Of a stretch of DNA of 57,815 nucleotides, positions 24,893 to 37,541 are shown in pieces. Below the pieces are notes generated by a model that had not been told where the DNA came from, made no database searches, and saw only the letters and a program-made list of their open reading frames with translations. This DNA comes from Chiloscyllium plagiosum (taxonomy: Eukaryota). Position 1 is the stretch's first letter, and each line of letters begins with the position of its first letter. The position numbers and the translations under genes were made by a program. The stretch is from NCBI RefSeq assembly GCF_004010195.1, contig NC_057755.1, positions 7,808,769 to 7,866,583 on the forward strand, read 5' to 3'.

Positions 24893-25900
24893 TTCTTCAG
24901 GAGGCAGCTACAAGGTAGCCACAGCCCCCTCGACTTCACTTTAACTCTCCTCAATATGTCACTTGGACCGCACGGTGGCTCAGTAGTTAGCACTGCTGTC
25001 TTACAACACCAGGAACCCGGGTTCGATTCCCGCTTCGGGCGTCTGTCTAGAGTTTGTACGTTCTCCCAGTGTCTGCGTCCTTCCACAATCCAAATCTATG
25101 CAGGTCAGGTTATTGCCCATAGTGATCGGTGCATTAGTCAGAGGTAAGTGTAGGGAAATGGGTCTCGTCGGAGTGGACTTGTTGGGCCTCCTCCACAGTG
25201 GAGGGAATCTAATCTTAGGGTGGCACAGTGGTTAGCACTGCTGCCTCACAGCGCCAGAGACCCGGGTTCTTCAGGAGGCAGCTACAAGGTAGCCACAGCC
25301 CCCTCGACTTCACTTTAACTCTCCTCAATATTTCACTTGGACCGCACGGTGGCTCAGTAGTTAGCACTGCTGTCTTACAACACCAGGAACTCGGGTTCGA
25401 TTCCCGCTTCGGGCGTCTGTCTAGAGTTTGTACGTTCGCCCAGTGTCTGCGTCCTTCCACAATCCAAATCTATGCAGGTCAGGTTATGCTAAATTGCCCA
25501 TAGTAATCGGTGCATTAGTCAGAGGTAACTGTATGGAAATGGGTCTGGGTGGGTTATTCGTCGGAGTGGACTTGTTGGGCAGTTTCCACAGTGGAGGGAA
25601 TCTAATCTTAGGGTGGCACGGTGGCACAGTGGTTAGCACTGCTGCCTCACAGCGCCAGAGACCCGGGTTCAATTCCCGACTCAGGCGACTCACTGTGTGG
25701 AGTTTGCACATTCTCCCCGTGTCTGCGTGGGTTTGCTCCGGTTCCCTCCCACAGTCCAAAGATGTGCAGGTCAGGTGAATTGGTCATCGTTTTAGGTTAA
25801 AAAAAGGGGTAAATGTAGGGGTATTGGTGGGTTGAGCTTCAGTGGATCGGTGTGGACTTGTTGGGCTGAAGTGCCTGTTTCCACACTGTAAGTAATCTAA
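24893..25900 (+). repeat. Cluster of HE1 SINEs with a local tandem duplication (offset 374 bp)
   Basis: gaggcagctacaaggtagcc... starts at 24901 and 25275; near-identical diverged SINE copies; a younger full HE1 at about 25612-25900. Confidence 0.9.
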
Positions 25901-25929
25901 TCTACTATCTCATTGAAGAGCAGGCAAAT

Positions 25930-26500
25930 TATAGCAAAGAAAGAGGCCATTCAGCCCACCATATCTGCATCAACTGTATAAACTAGTTACCTAGTATAAT
26001 TCAAATTTCCAGCACCTGGTCTACAGCCTTGAATATTATTTCACTACAGTTGGGGATCCTGGCTCTCTTTAACTGAGTTGAGGCTTGCCACCTGAAACAT
26101 TCTCCCCGTCCCCTCCCCTCCCCTCCCCTTCCACCAAACAGGACAATGAATTCCAGACACATCACCACCTTTTGGATGAAAGCGTTAGCCCTCTTCTCTG
26201 CTATAATTCTTCCAGCAATCAGTCTCACTTTTTATCCCCTGGTAACTGGTTTGCTCCTTTCCGGGTATCAGGGCTCTTTCTAGGCCCTCCTCAGATTGTA
26301 CACCTCAATCACATCACCCGTCATTCTACTCTGTCCTCAGGAAAAGAAACCAAACCCAAACTAGCTTAGGTCAATGCCACTGTAATTTTCAGATGCTGGC
26401 AACATTCCTGTTAATCACGTTTGCATTCGCCTCAGTGCAATTCTATCCTTACTGTTAGGGATGGCCAGACGTCCGCGCAACATCACAGTTGTGAACTGCC
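25930..26500 (-). mobile_element. Old CR1 3' fragment
   Basis: gaggccattcagccc tail (reverse) and NAFIQKVV motif. Confidence 0.6.
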
Positions 26501-28030
26501 CAGTGTCACATGTAGTTCGAGTGTTGCAGGAGATGAGGGAATTTGCATTGACTCGGCTGAGTCCCAGGGTGAGTCGTTGGTAGTTTGGGGAAAGCTGATG
26601 TCAACTTATATCCTGGTCTGGCTATCTGATCAGGCTCTAGGGAATTTATTGGACCTGGAAGGGTGCAGTTAGGAGTAGCTGATCGAAACACGGGGTCAGT
26701 TAATCATTTACTTGGGAGTTAGACTATGTGTTTAATCACGTCTCTTCTGTCTGACAAAAATCAGAATATGGCAGGAGCAGGACCTGAACGCAGCTTGAGG
26801 GATCAGAACCTTATTTGTTTTGGTTTTGAACAAAGTGATCTCTTGTTGAACCGTAAACACGCAATGCTGCAAATATTGCCCAACAAAACAGAAGTCAGTT
26901 GTAAAGGGAAGGATGATAAAATAGAATAAACCAAACTACGTTTTTATAACCCAGATTCAAAGGCAATGAACAATCACTACATGTATAACCAGATTAATTC
27001 CAAATCAGTCTATAAATTGAGAAGAAATCAATCTACCTTTATATCAGATACAAACACCACTTCTGGTTCCAAAAAGAAAGCAACTCTCGTATAATGCTCT
27101 AGCCAGGTTTCCTATATGAAACACTTGGTTAAATGATTTGTGACTTCCATTTTTACAATGTAACTAGGGCTAAAACACAGCTCAGCTTCAATGGACTCAG
27201 TGTTGAGTTACCTCTTCAGGTTTTTAAAAAAATTCCAACACTTCTGGTCTGGGATGAACACAAACTTTTCGCTCCAAGATAATCTAATTGACTAAATCCA
27301 TCATTCCTTTCTCATGAGCACAGATCGATACATCCATCCAGTTCCACTGTCTTCCAAAGACTAAGGGGAATGATTTAAATTTAAAACTGAAATTAAGGTT
27401 TCTCAGTCAAGGGTTTGTTCCTTCAGCACTGATTCCAGAACTCACTAACAAACATTTGAGTCTCCATTAATAACATGCTGAGTTGCAAACAATCGAAAAG
27501 AAACAAAAATTTATTCATACACAGTCATTCAGCCTATAGCCAGGCTTCAAAAGCAGTTTGTAAAAGAAATGGTTGTGGTTACAGAAATACCTTCATGTTA
27601 ACGATTAACTTCAAATGCACAGTGAAGGCCTTCACTTATTTACTCAAACAAAACCAGAACCAAACTCAACCAACATGCTGTTGCATGTTCTGCATAAAAA
27701 AAAAATCAATTGTGTCTCTTACACTTTCTCATCGTGACGGCTTTACTTAATTCCATCGAAACTCTGCAGCCTTCAGTTGAAGTGGAGGTTTCTAGAAGGT
27801 TCCAGAGGCAGATTGGGCTAGCGGAGAGTTCAATTTTCCAAGCAATTTCTGAGGAATCTGCAGTGATGAGATTTCTATTGGGTCCCTGTAATCTGAGGCT
27901 AAATTATGGATCATTTGCCCCTGTGTGAGGGTGACCATAACATGCCCATGTATCATTGTCAGTGGCAGACTGAAACCGCAGGGAAGCCTCAGACAGATTC
28001 ACCACAAATTCAACGGTGCAAGGCACTTAC

Positions 28031-28085
28031 CAGGAATGATTACGATCGGAAAGCTCACATAAAATATTATCCGCACTTGTTGCAT
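28031..28085 (-). CDS. GPCR gene A, coding exon 1 (MQQVRIIFYVSFPIVIIP + G)
   Basis: ATG at 28085, 55 nt (18 codons + 1), donor CCTG|gtaagt. Splicing to 19553 restores TM1 ...IIP-V-N. A paralogous exon exists at 55938-56004. Intron about 8.5 kb. Confidence 0.88.
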
Positions 28086-28620
28086 TTTCGATGCGAATCT
28101 CTTTGTGCAGGCAATCTGTCTCTGTATGACAGACCGACGTAAATAATCCCAAAGCATCTCATTTATACCTCACAGCACCGCCTGGGAATTTTCACTTTAC
28201 GAGGTTCTTCCACTGTTTTTTTAAGAATTTGAACAAAAAAGGTGACGACATGAGTTATTTCCCAATTGAGACAGACCATTTTTAGAACTGAGCTCAATCG
28301 GTGAAAACTAAACTTTGAAAATGCATCTGTGCCAGCATTGATACCCGAACACTATCTGTCCCACTTTGAGACTCATTTTATTTCAGTGCCGTCCTCCATT
28401 TGACTTAAAACATTTTGTAATTAAATTATGTTTGTTGAGTATATCTCTGTGAACTGTTCTCCTCAACTCCAGGATGTATTTTCCCTGTCTAACCGCGACT
28501 GTTCTGTGACGTGATGATTGTTGGTTACCTGAGGTGACACATTATTAGTTTTAACAAATTCAACATCGTAACAAAATTCTTCGCCATGCACGGATAAGCT
28601 GTCTCAATTCATTATGACCC
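28086..28620 (-). promoter_or_regulatory. 5' UTR and TATA promoter of GPCR gene A (TATAAAT at 28167-28161)
   Basis: aggTATAAAT about 75 nt upstream of the ATG; the block is alignable by eye to 56005-56520, including the TATA. Confidence 0.65.
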
Positions 28621-29344
28621 CGAGTAAAACAACTCAGCAAAAGATATTGTCAACTGTTAGAGAGCTTCCATAAATACAGATCCTCCTACCAGGATGAAAC
28701 AGTCCTGGAGATGAATCAGATCTGACTCTGGGACACATTCAGAGCTCTTGCAGCAGATATAAGTGAATCATTCTCTGTTCCCTGCAGTTTACTGGACATG
28801 TACAGAGGCTGGGAAAGAGACACCCACGAGCTGCACAGCAGCAGATGGGAAAGAATCATTTTGTTACGTACAATTTACGGGGTATGTACAGTGAAGAATC
28901 CTAAAATATCTGACTGACGATGGAATAGAGCAGGTTGAAGGGAGCTGGATGTTGAGGACAGGTAAGGATTTGCACACACGAGGCTTCAGGATAGTCACTA
29001 GAAAAGCACACCAGGTCAGGCAGCATCTAAGGAGCAGGAGAATCGATGTTTCGGGCATAAGCTTTCATCAGGAATGTAGCGGGGGATAGAATGTGGGAAT
29101 GGTGCTGAGAGATAAAGAGAAGGGTAGGGGTGAGCAGAAGATAACTGGGAAAGCTACAGATGGATGCAGTTGGGATAGTTCAGTGGGGAGACTGGAGACG
29201 ATGCACCTTCCCACTTTCCTCTCCATTCTCCCCAACGATCTGTCACAGTCACCTCCCACCTGCATCCACCTGCCCTCCATGTTACCTTCTCCCCTCCTGT
29301 TTTTCTCTCAGCAGCCTTCCCCTCCTCCCTACGCTCCGTCACAC

Positions 29345-29376
29345 ATTCCTGATGAAGGGCTTCTGCCCGAAACGTC
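29345..29376 (+). ncRNA. Minimal hammerhead core within a Penelope-derived composite (about 29000-29435)
   Basis: CTGATGA-a-gggc-ttct-gccc-GAAA-CGTC; the 3' arm of stem I is missing. Confidence 0.65.
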
Positions 29377-29827
29377 TCTCCCCGGCTCCTCCGATGCTGC
29401 CTGACTTAGTGTGTTTTTCCAGGGTCACACTTTTCGAAGCTTTTCCCCTGAAGGACTGATCCCTTTACTTTTCCAGAAACAATCTACCTCTGTCTTAACT
29501 AGACTCAACGGCTTTCCATTCACTGCCATCTCTGGCAATGAGTTGGACAGTTTCACCACGCTCTGGCTGAAGAAATTCCTCCTCACCTCAGTTCAACAGG
29601 ATTGCCGCTTCACTCTGAGGCTGTGCTGTTGCATCCTACCAATTGCAACATCTTCATTTCCGTGTTATGCAGGCCTCTCAGTACTCTGTAAGTTTCAGTC
29701 TTCCCAGCCCTCAACCTCCTGAACTCCATCGAGTACAGACCCAGAGTTGTAAACTGCTCCTCTTATGAACAGCCTGCATCATTCTGGCATCATTCTTGTC
29801 CACCTCCTCAGGACAACATCTAGCGCC

Positions 29828-30443
29828 TGTGCTATGTTCCAGGGCATCCCCCGTAAGCATTTCAAGAAAGTAACCGAGACCTTACTTTGCGGTATGTTTT
29901 AAGCAGGCGTCAGGCAGATATTCCAGGAGAGATGCAGCTGGTCAAATCACTTCAGTTTTAATCAAAACAGAATTTACTTACACTATTACCGAATGAAGCA
30001 GAAACAAACGAGAATATAGAATAACTTAACCCATCCGACAACCCAGTCGATTACCCCAACTAAGTGATGCTGTTCCAAATACCGGCAGAAATCCCCATAA
30101 ACACCTCTTAGCAACGAAGGAAAAAAAATCAGACACATCTTCTTTTCGGAGAGGTGTCCAAGAGAGGGAGGATCATCATAGATCTGCTTCTTTGGGTCTT
30201 GCTGCTTCAAACTCTGACTGCCGAAACCATAGCAAACGGAGGAAAGCTGACCTGGGTGAACTTGTGCACGTGCTTTCTTTAACCGTGAAAACCTTTTACC
30301 TGAGGCAGTGTCTGTTAGCAATAATCGAAACAGCTTTAAAAACGTACAAATCTAAACCTTGCAGAATCGCTCCTTTTCTGACTTCTGAGAAAAAAAAAGG
30401 CCCGAGCACAGCATAACCTTGATAAAGGAGCAGCATCGTCACA
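29828..30443 (-). mobile_element. Solo LTR of the Gmr1-like gypsy family inserted in a minus-strand CR1
   Basis: tgtgctatg...catcgtcaca termini; alignable to 44255-44729 and 47384-47970; TSD not resolved. Confidence 0.75.
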
Positions 30444-30819
30444 CTAGTCCATCATTCCTTCGACACTGGATTCAAAACTGCTGACAGTGTTTCAAATGCA
30501 ATCTGAACAGAGCTTAACAGAGTTTCCGCTGCTGCTGCAGTCTTGCCCTCTTGAAATGAATGCTGATATCTGACTTGGCTTCTTGCATGGCAATTGAACC
30601 TGCATATTAACTTTTAGAGGATCCTGAAGGATGACTCCCAAGTCCCTTTGCACTTCAGAATGCCGCAACATTACCTCATTTAGAAAGTAATGCTTTCACC
30701 TCATTCTGCCTGTACCACTGCAGCCGCCTCCTGCTCCGCTTCTACTCTCTCTCAGCAGAAGAACCCTAGTGCCCTCTTCCTCTTTGTCAATCCGCATGGA
30801 ATCCGTGGAACCTGTACGG

Positions 30820-32570
30820 GTAGGGATAGGAAATACAACAAACAGTTAATAAAGGTAGGGTTTGTCTGTAGACCCAAAAGAGTACTGTAGACATACGTGA
30901 AAGCTAAAACAGAATACATGCAGTTTACAGCTGCAATCATGGCTAACTTTAATCTACATACTGGTTGGACAAACCAAACTAGCAATAATACTGACGATAA
31001 TTTGCTGAAGTTTATATTCGATGCTGTTTTAGACCAACATATTGAGGCTGGAGAACTATTGAGGCTATTGTGATTGGGAGTGGTGGTGGGGGGTGTGTGG
31101 GCATTGTGCAATGAGATGGCATTAATTGATAATTTTACTGTGCTGGAGAAAAAAAACATAAAATGCTAAGATTATTTCTTGAGATGGAAACTTAGGAAAT
31201 TGAATCCGAAATGAGAATCCTGAGTCCAAATAAAAAGCAGAAGAAGGGATTGATGCATAAATTGGCAATTATTGATTGAACCTTAGTGAACGTGGTAACA
31301 GTGGATAAGCAATAGGTAATATATCAGAAATGTACGAACGCGTTGCGATAGCTGTTCCTTCTCCACTGGTGCAAGAATAAAACAAGAACGGTGAAAGCCA
31401 GACTACATTTCTGATCGGGGAGCTTTCAGATATTCACCAGCTTGACATGCAACAGAAACAGAAAATCTGTCTTTGAGTGGAAAGCCCTGTCTGCTCACAA
31501 GCAACACTTTTTATATATATGTAGGAATAGTTTCAATGCACAATAAAATTTACATGCAAACAACCGCAGCTTGAATGCACAACAATATTTATAAGTGAAC
31601 ATGAACAGCTCCTCTACATAAATAATTTTTACTTATAAGTACAAAGAGTTCCAATGTATGACAATATTTACATAAAGACATAAAGTGAAACAACATATGA
31701 CAACATACAGTAAATCATCCATAAGTATGCATGGACATATGTATTTGTAATAAAATACATGTATAATATTAAATATTGTATAAATGAATGACTCGACAGT
31801 GGAAACGAATGCACTATGTACTATAGCTAGATTTGCAGATGACACAAAAATAAGGGGGAAGGCAAGTTGCAACAGGGATACAATCAGTTTAGAGAGAGAT
31901 ATTAATGAGTAAAGTAAGTGTGAAAAATTCTAGCAATTAGCATATAAGTTTGCAAAATGTGAATTTGACCATTTTGGGAAGTTCCAATAAAAAAACAGAG
32001 TAATATTCAAATTGAGACAAAACTGCAGAAATCTGCAACATAAAGGGACTTAGGCGGAAATGTGCATGAAACTCAAAAGCAAGCACATGTGTTTCTGAAC
32101 ACTACAGAGGGCATTCGGAGGGACAGGATGCTTTTGGAGAGGCTTGGAGCGATTAGAAATAGTCCATATGGCTTTGTCCGTGCGAAATGATGGCTCCCTA
32201 ACTTGATTGAGTTTTTTTTGAAGAAGTTACGAAAAAGACTGATGAAGGCCCAGTGGTGCATGCCGTCTGTAGTCATTTCAGCAAGGCGTTTGACAAGATT
32301 CGGTATAGCCAGTGGGAGAACTGCAAGGATTGGAGCTAGTTCCACTGCTGATATGTGATTTATGTTAATTGATTGGCTGTGAATACAATAGCGATGGTTG
32401 TAACTTTGCAGGTGACACCAAAATTGATGGTGGAATAGACACAGAGTCGTCTTAGAGTGCAATAGGACCTTGGTCAGATGGGCCATTACACTGAAGAGTG
32501 ACAGGGGGAGTTTAATATAAACAAATGTGAGTTTCTACAATTTGGCAGTGCAAATCAGGGCTGAACGTGA
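30820..32570 (+). mobile_element. Several old CR1 fragments (endonuclease about 30820-31350; RT about 31780-32570)
   Basis: IMANFNLH..W, FADDTK and decayed NLIEFF motifs. Confidence 0.65.
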
Positions 32571-32944
32571 ATTTGCAGGTCAACAGATTTTCCTTGGATC
32601 ATCAGAGGCCTGGGTTTGCAGAGATTATAAAGTTACAAGGTTGCTGTGTCTTGTATGGTCTTCTTCCAGCGGCGAGAGCTCCAAAACCAGAAGGCATCAG
32701 TTTTGAGGGAAATACATTGTCCTCTGAATGAATGAATGAGTTTTGTACTCTCAGACAAATATTGGGTGGAACCAAGTAAAATGGTTTGTCGCCTGGCATG
32801 GACCATATCAGATACCCTCAAATCATTTAAGGAAGGTAGTCCAGTAACATTTCCACTTATTTTTCACAGGTGTTCTGTGGAATGATGCAGCTGTTCCAAC
32901 CACTCTGTTTTGAACAAAACAACATTTAGATACACACGAGCAAT

Positions 32945-34005
32945 GATATAGCCAGGAAAGGGATGGAGGATTTGAAAAGTGACTTACAGAGAGCGAGGTA
33001 GGAAGCTGAAGAGCAGGATGAGTAGAGTAGTTTTCTCAGTTTTGCTACCGGTGCCACAAGACAGTGAGGTGAGGAACAGTCAGAGAATGCTGCTTAACAT
33101 GTAGCTGCGGGACTGGTGCAGAAGGGAAAGCTTCAGATACTTTGACCATTGGGATGCCTTCTGTCAAAGGTGTGACCTGTAGAAGAAGGACGGGTTGCAC
33201 CTGAATTGGAGGGGCACAAATGTCCTAGGCGGGAGTTTCGTTCGTGTGGTTTGGGAGGGTTTAAACTAGTTTTGCAAGGGAGTGGGAACCACAGCTACAT
33301 ATCTGAGAGGGAGGGGGGGGGGTAGTTGTAGATCGGGCAGTGACAGGATGTAGCGCATCTATTGGGAAGGTTTTTCACGTGATGAAACAAGGGATCGGTT
33401 AAAGCGTGTCTTCCTTAACACAAGAAGTGTCAGAAATAAGGGCGATGAACTGAGAGCATGGATCAGTACTTGGGAAAATGATGTTGTGGCCGTAGCGGAG
33501 ACGTGGATTTCACAGGAACAGGAATGGTTGCTAGATAGTCCAGCGTTAAGAATGTTTAAAAAAAAAAAACAGGGTGGGTGGCACAAGAGGAGGGGGTGTA
33601 ACATTGCTAATCAGAGAGTGCATCACAGTTACAGAAACAAAGGTTGTTGAGGAATGTTTGTCTACTGAGTCAGTATGGGTGGAAGTTAGGAACAGCAAGG
33701 GGGTTTCTACAGACTCCCTAATAACAGTAGGGAGATTGAATAACTCTAGGCCGAGATTTGGAAAAAATGCAGAGGTAGCAGGGTTATTGTTATGGATAAC
33801 TTCAGCTTTCCCAATATTGACTGGAACCTCCGTGGTCTGGATGGTTTCGATGGAGTCATTTTTGTCAGGTGTGTTCAGGTAGGTTTCCTTACTCAGTATG
33901 TAGACAGGCCCACAAGGGGAGAGGCCATTTTGGATTTTGGGTTCGACAATGAACCATGTCAGATCGCGCGGTGGGAGAACACTTTGGTGACAGTGACCAC
34001 AACTC
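32945..34005 (+). mobile_element. CR1 ORF1 (SGNH esterase) to ORF2 endonuclease fragment
   Basis: DGLHLNWRGTNVL; NKGDELRAWI...ETW; GGGVTLLI; FSFPNIDW; PTRGEAILD; GDSDHNS. Confidence 0.85.
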
Positions 34006-35199
34006 TGCACTGACCCTCCGACAGTACGGCACTCCCTCAACACTGACAATCCGACAGTGTGGCGCTCCCTCAGTACTGTCCCTCCAACAGTGCAGCACTA
34101 TTTTGTTGTTCCACCTGTACTGTATTATTGTGACACTTAGAGCAGAGCAGCTCTATGGCATCTACACAACTTTGTTGCAGGGTCCGAAAGCCCTTACACA
34201 ACAGGATAATCTGAACAGAAACAGGAAAAATAAAATTTCACATTTTGCCCAGGAATATCCTTTACAGATACTCAATCTCAATGAAGTGTCAAGCTCTCTG
34301 ATTTTTCCTCTGAACTTTTTTTGCTGCAAAGATATTCTTCCTTCATGAAAATAAATATTTATGTACATGTACAGTGAATGAAGCCGTTCTGGTCTATACT
34401 TTCTTTACATACAGAGAACAAATTGATCCTTGACGTTCACCATTCTCTATATTTACAACCAAACTCTTGGCATTTAGCCGAAGCATCAGCCCAATACACA
34501 GAGTTTTATTGAAAATTATACTTTTCTCACAAGAACAAATCGTGTACAGTTAATGAAGCTACTCAGATCAATACTGTCTTTACTTAGAATGCCACTCTCC
34601 TTAAATTTAATTTCTAACTTAACTGGCTCTTTGCAGGATTTATGGCTTTGTGACATTTTTGCAGGACTGATCACCCAAGCCTCTTTTCAGTTTTGACAGT
34701 TTGAGAAAAGTCGACACAAACTCTCACGGCATAGATACTTTGCAAATGATTCTCCTGAGGTTGCGTTTTCCTGTATATGACCAGATTTCTCTATTGAGCT
34801 GACCCAACTTTTCTGCCCTGGAAACATGGTGGTTCAGAACTGTATTCAACCTATTACTGGCTCCTGGCCTTTTTCTCTGTATGTCATAAAACTAACATTT
34901 ACTCCATCAGTTATCACTATAGATAGCTGACTAAGTCGAAAGTCACAGGCCTTCTTGGAAATGATACCTTTAGTTCACCGTCCCAGATGACTTCCTGTCC
35001 ATTAAAAAATATCCTTTCCCAGAACTGAATCCAAACCTCTATTTTATCTCGCCTTCAAAATCCAACATACGAATGACAATCTGTCAGACACCACCTTCCA
35101 TGTGTTCAGATAGAAGCTGGTATCTCTCAGCAACAATTGTTACTCAAATCCACCTGATCTCACTTCCAGAATCTAAAGAATCAATGGCCATAAGTAAAT

Positions 35200-35522
35200 T
35201 AGATTAGATTAGATTAGATTACTTACAGTGTGGAAACAGGCCCTTCGGCCCAACAAGTCCACACCGACCTGCCGAAGCGCAACCCACCCATACCCCTACA
35301 TTTATCCCTTTAACCTAACACTACGGGCAATTTAGCATGGCCAATTCACCTGATCTACACATCTTTGGACTGTGGGAGGAAACCGGAGCACCCGGAGGAA
35401 ACCCACGCAGACACGGGGAGAACGTGCAAACTCCACACAGTGAGTCGCCTGAGTCGGGAATTGAACCCAGGTCTTGGCGCTGTGAGGCAGCAGTGCTAAC
35501 CATTGTGCCACCGTGCCACCCA
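35200..35522 (-). mobile_element. Young, intact HE1 SINE
   Basis: (tagat)n tail, full V-domain and tRNA head with CpGs retained. Confidence 0.92.
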
Positions 35523-36409
35523 CTTCAGATTTTTTTTTTATTGAATGCTGTGGGTTGCAATTACAGTTTAATAACTCGTCAACTTCAGTATGTATTGTCA
35601 GAGTAACGTTTTAGATCTTCCATATCTCTTTAACTGCCTCCAGCTCTCTACACCCCCATTTCTGTAACCCACCCCATCTCCTACACCCTTCCCTATCTCT
35701 GTAACCTCCTCCAGCCCCTACAGTCCTGAGTTGTCCATGAGCTCATATATTTCCGCCCATCTCTCTTGTCCTTTACTGGGGGCGTTACAGAAATCTGTGA
35801 TCAAATATACCCCAAATAATGTATGCCCAGTGACTTGAGCCATTGGTTCATTGAAGTAGCAGAGAAAACGAATACAATAGAGTGCAAGCTTTTCAAACAC
35901 TGAGCTGAGGAGTTTTCCCAACGAAGTGATCTCAATATTCATCAAAGGAGGGAGCAAGAAGTCTTTTGAAATAGTGAACAGTGAAGTGCAGGTTACATTT
36001 TGATGTGAAGTAGGAACACGAAAGGGAAGATTGTGGTCAGGATGTCAGTAGATTGGATAGCAGCATCATGGAGTGCAGCAGGAAGTGGGGTTGTCTGATA
36101 CAGAGTTAGAAGATGGATGTCACAGGGACTGCAAGGGTTGATGTGTAAGGATGGGTTGAGAGAGAAATGAGTGTGACAGACTGTGACAGCAGATCACAAA
36201 GGCAGGAATAGCGACAAGCAGGAAGGACAACATCCTGGTGGGTCAGTACATAGAGGTGCTCAGGACAAAATCAGATCCTGAGTGAATGGCACTGCAGGTC
36301 CAACTGGCCAAATACCTTTGTAATTGATCTGGTCTTTAGACAGAGCTTCAGGGTAGATTCTGTGAGGAGAAAACTGCCAGAGGAAAACAGGGTGTTTGTG
36401 TTGACAGAC

Positions 36410-36510
36410 TTTGATGAAGTAATTTGTTTCAGCAACCACTTGCGAGTGATATGAGATTGCATGATAAAATGCGGACGTCGATTCAACTTTTGCTCAACTG
36501 AGGACTTCAA
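36410..36510 (-). pseudogene. Stefin (cystatin A/B-like) exon 2, frameshifted
   Basis: Branch point/polypyrimidine acceptor ctgacattttctctttttctcc...ccccag; LKSSVEQKLNRR then a -1 shift to AFYHAISYHSQVVAETNYFIK|gtctgt. Matches the stefin QVVAGTNYFIK motif (G to E here); 101 nt versus the usual 102 nt exon. Confidence 0.85.
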
Positions 36511-36571
36511 CTGGGGACAGACGCAATGGAGAAAAAGAGAAAATGTCAGCATTACTGAATAATACAGTTAC

Positions 36572-36950
36572 GGTCAGAAGGTCAGTACTGAGAACTTATC
36601 GCACATTGGAGAGTCAGCAATGAGGGAGTGCCACACTCTCAGAGGGTCAACACTGAGGCAGTGCTGCACTGTTGGAGGGACAGTACTGAGGGAGTGCCGC
36701 ACTGTCGGAGGGTCAGTGCTGAGGGAGTACTGCACTGTCAGAGGGTGAGTGCTGAGGAAGTGCTGCACTGTCAGAGGGTTGGTACTGAGGAGTGCCGTAC
36801 TGTCAAAGGGTCAGTACTGAGGGAGTACTACACTGTCAGAGGGTTAGTACTGAGGGAATGCCGCACTCTCAGAGGATCAGTACTAAGGGAGGGCCACACT
36901 GTGGGATGGTCCGTACTGATGGAGTGCCGCCCTGTCTGAGTATCAGTGCT
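36572..36950 (-). repeat. 33-bp minisatellite (cagtactgagggagtgccgcactgtcggagggt) in stefin intron 1
   Basis: Units at 36681, 36714 etc.; the same unit in the opposite orientation at 34005-34100 and 38680-39125. Confidence 0.9.
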
Positions 36951-37405
36951 CAGAGAAAGTGAGGACTGCAGATATAGGAGATCAGAGTCGAGAGTGTGGT
37001 ATTGGAAAAGGCAGCATCCGAGGAGCAGGAGAATCGACATTTTGGGAAAGAGCCAGGGTCAGTACTGACTATCTGCTGCATTGCAAGATAGTTCCTTTCA
37101 GTTGGGACACTAAACCAATCCCATAGACAGTGGTGAAAGTTGAGCTGATGTCAACGTCTTGGGCAGAAAGATGTTTTCCTCAATCACATCATTCCAAGTT
37201 TGAAACACTTCATTCTAACCTTTGTCCTTTCTGAGATCTTGCTCTACATAAATGTCATGTGAAGTCTGTAACTCACAGCATTGTCTTGTAAACAAACACC
37301 TCAGTTTTATCAAAGACTCAGTGGTATCCAGAGTTGGTGAAATGTGGAGTGGATCGGTCTGGTTTGTTCTACAGGGTAACTTGAATACGGAGAAAGGTTA
37401 CGTAC

Positions 37406-37478
37406 CGACTGCACAATGGTCTGAATCTCAGGAGTGACGGCTGCAACGCCAGGTAAAGCACCAGGTCCTTTGATGCAT
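37406..37478 (-). pseudogene. Stefin exon 1, ATG out of frame
   Basis: Frame GPGALPGVAAVTPEIQTIVQS|gtacgt resembles the stefin A N-terminus (PGGLSEAKPATPEIQEIV). The only nearby ATG (37478) is shifted by 1 nt and reaches TGA after 16 codons. Confidence 0.75.
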
Positions 37479-37534
37479 TCGTGTTGTGTCTGTCCCACTC
37501 TCTCGCTTACTCTCACTCTGTTTCTCCGTTCTGC

Positions 37535-37541
37535 ATTTATA
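37535..37541 (-). promoter_or_regulatory. TATA box of the stefin (pseudo)gene
   Basis: TATAAAT about 57 nt upstream of the ATG, followed by a purine-rich leader. Confidence 0.55.

Noticed and set aside
27618..27656. CACAGTG + 23 nt + ACAAAACCA, a near-consensus 23-RSS in the gene A intron
   Set aside because: No V, D or J segment adjoins it, and the paralogous site (about 55652) keeps neither heptamer nor spacing; likely a chance cryptic RSS.
34116..34211. Minus-strand acceptor with a short open frame as stefin exon 3
   Set aside because: No frame resembles the stefin C-terminus (H-L-x-V...L-x-Y-F) and the donor is weak.
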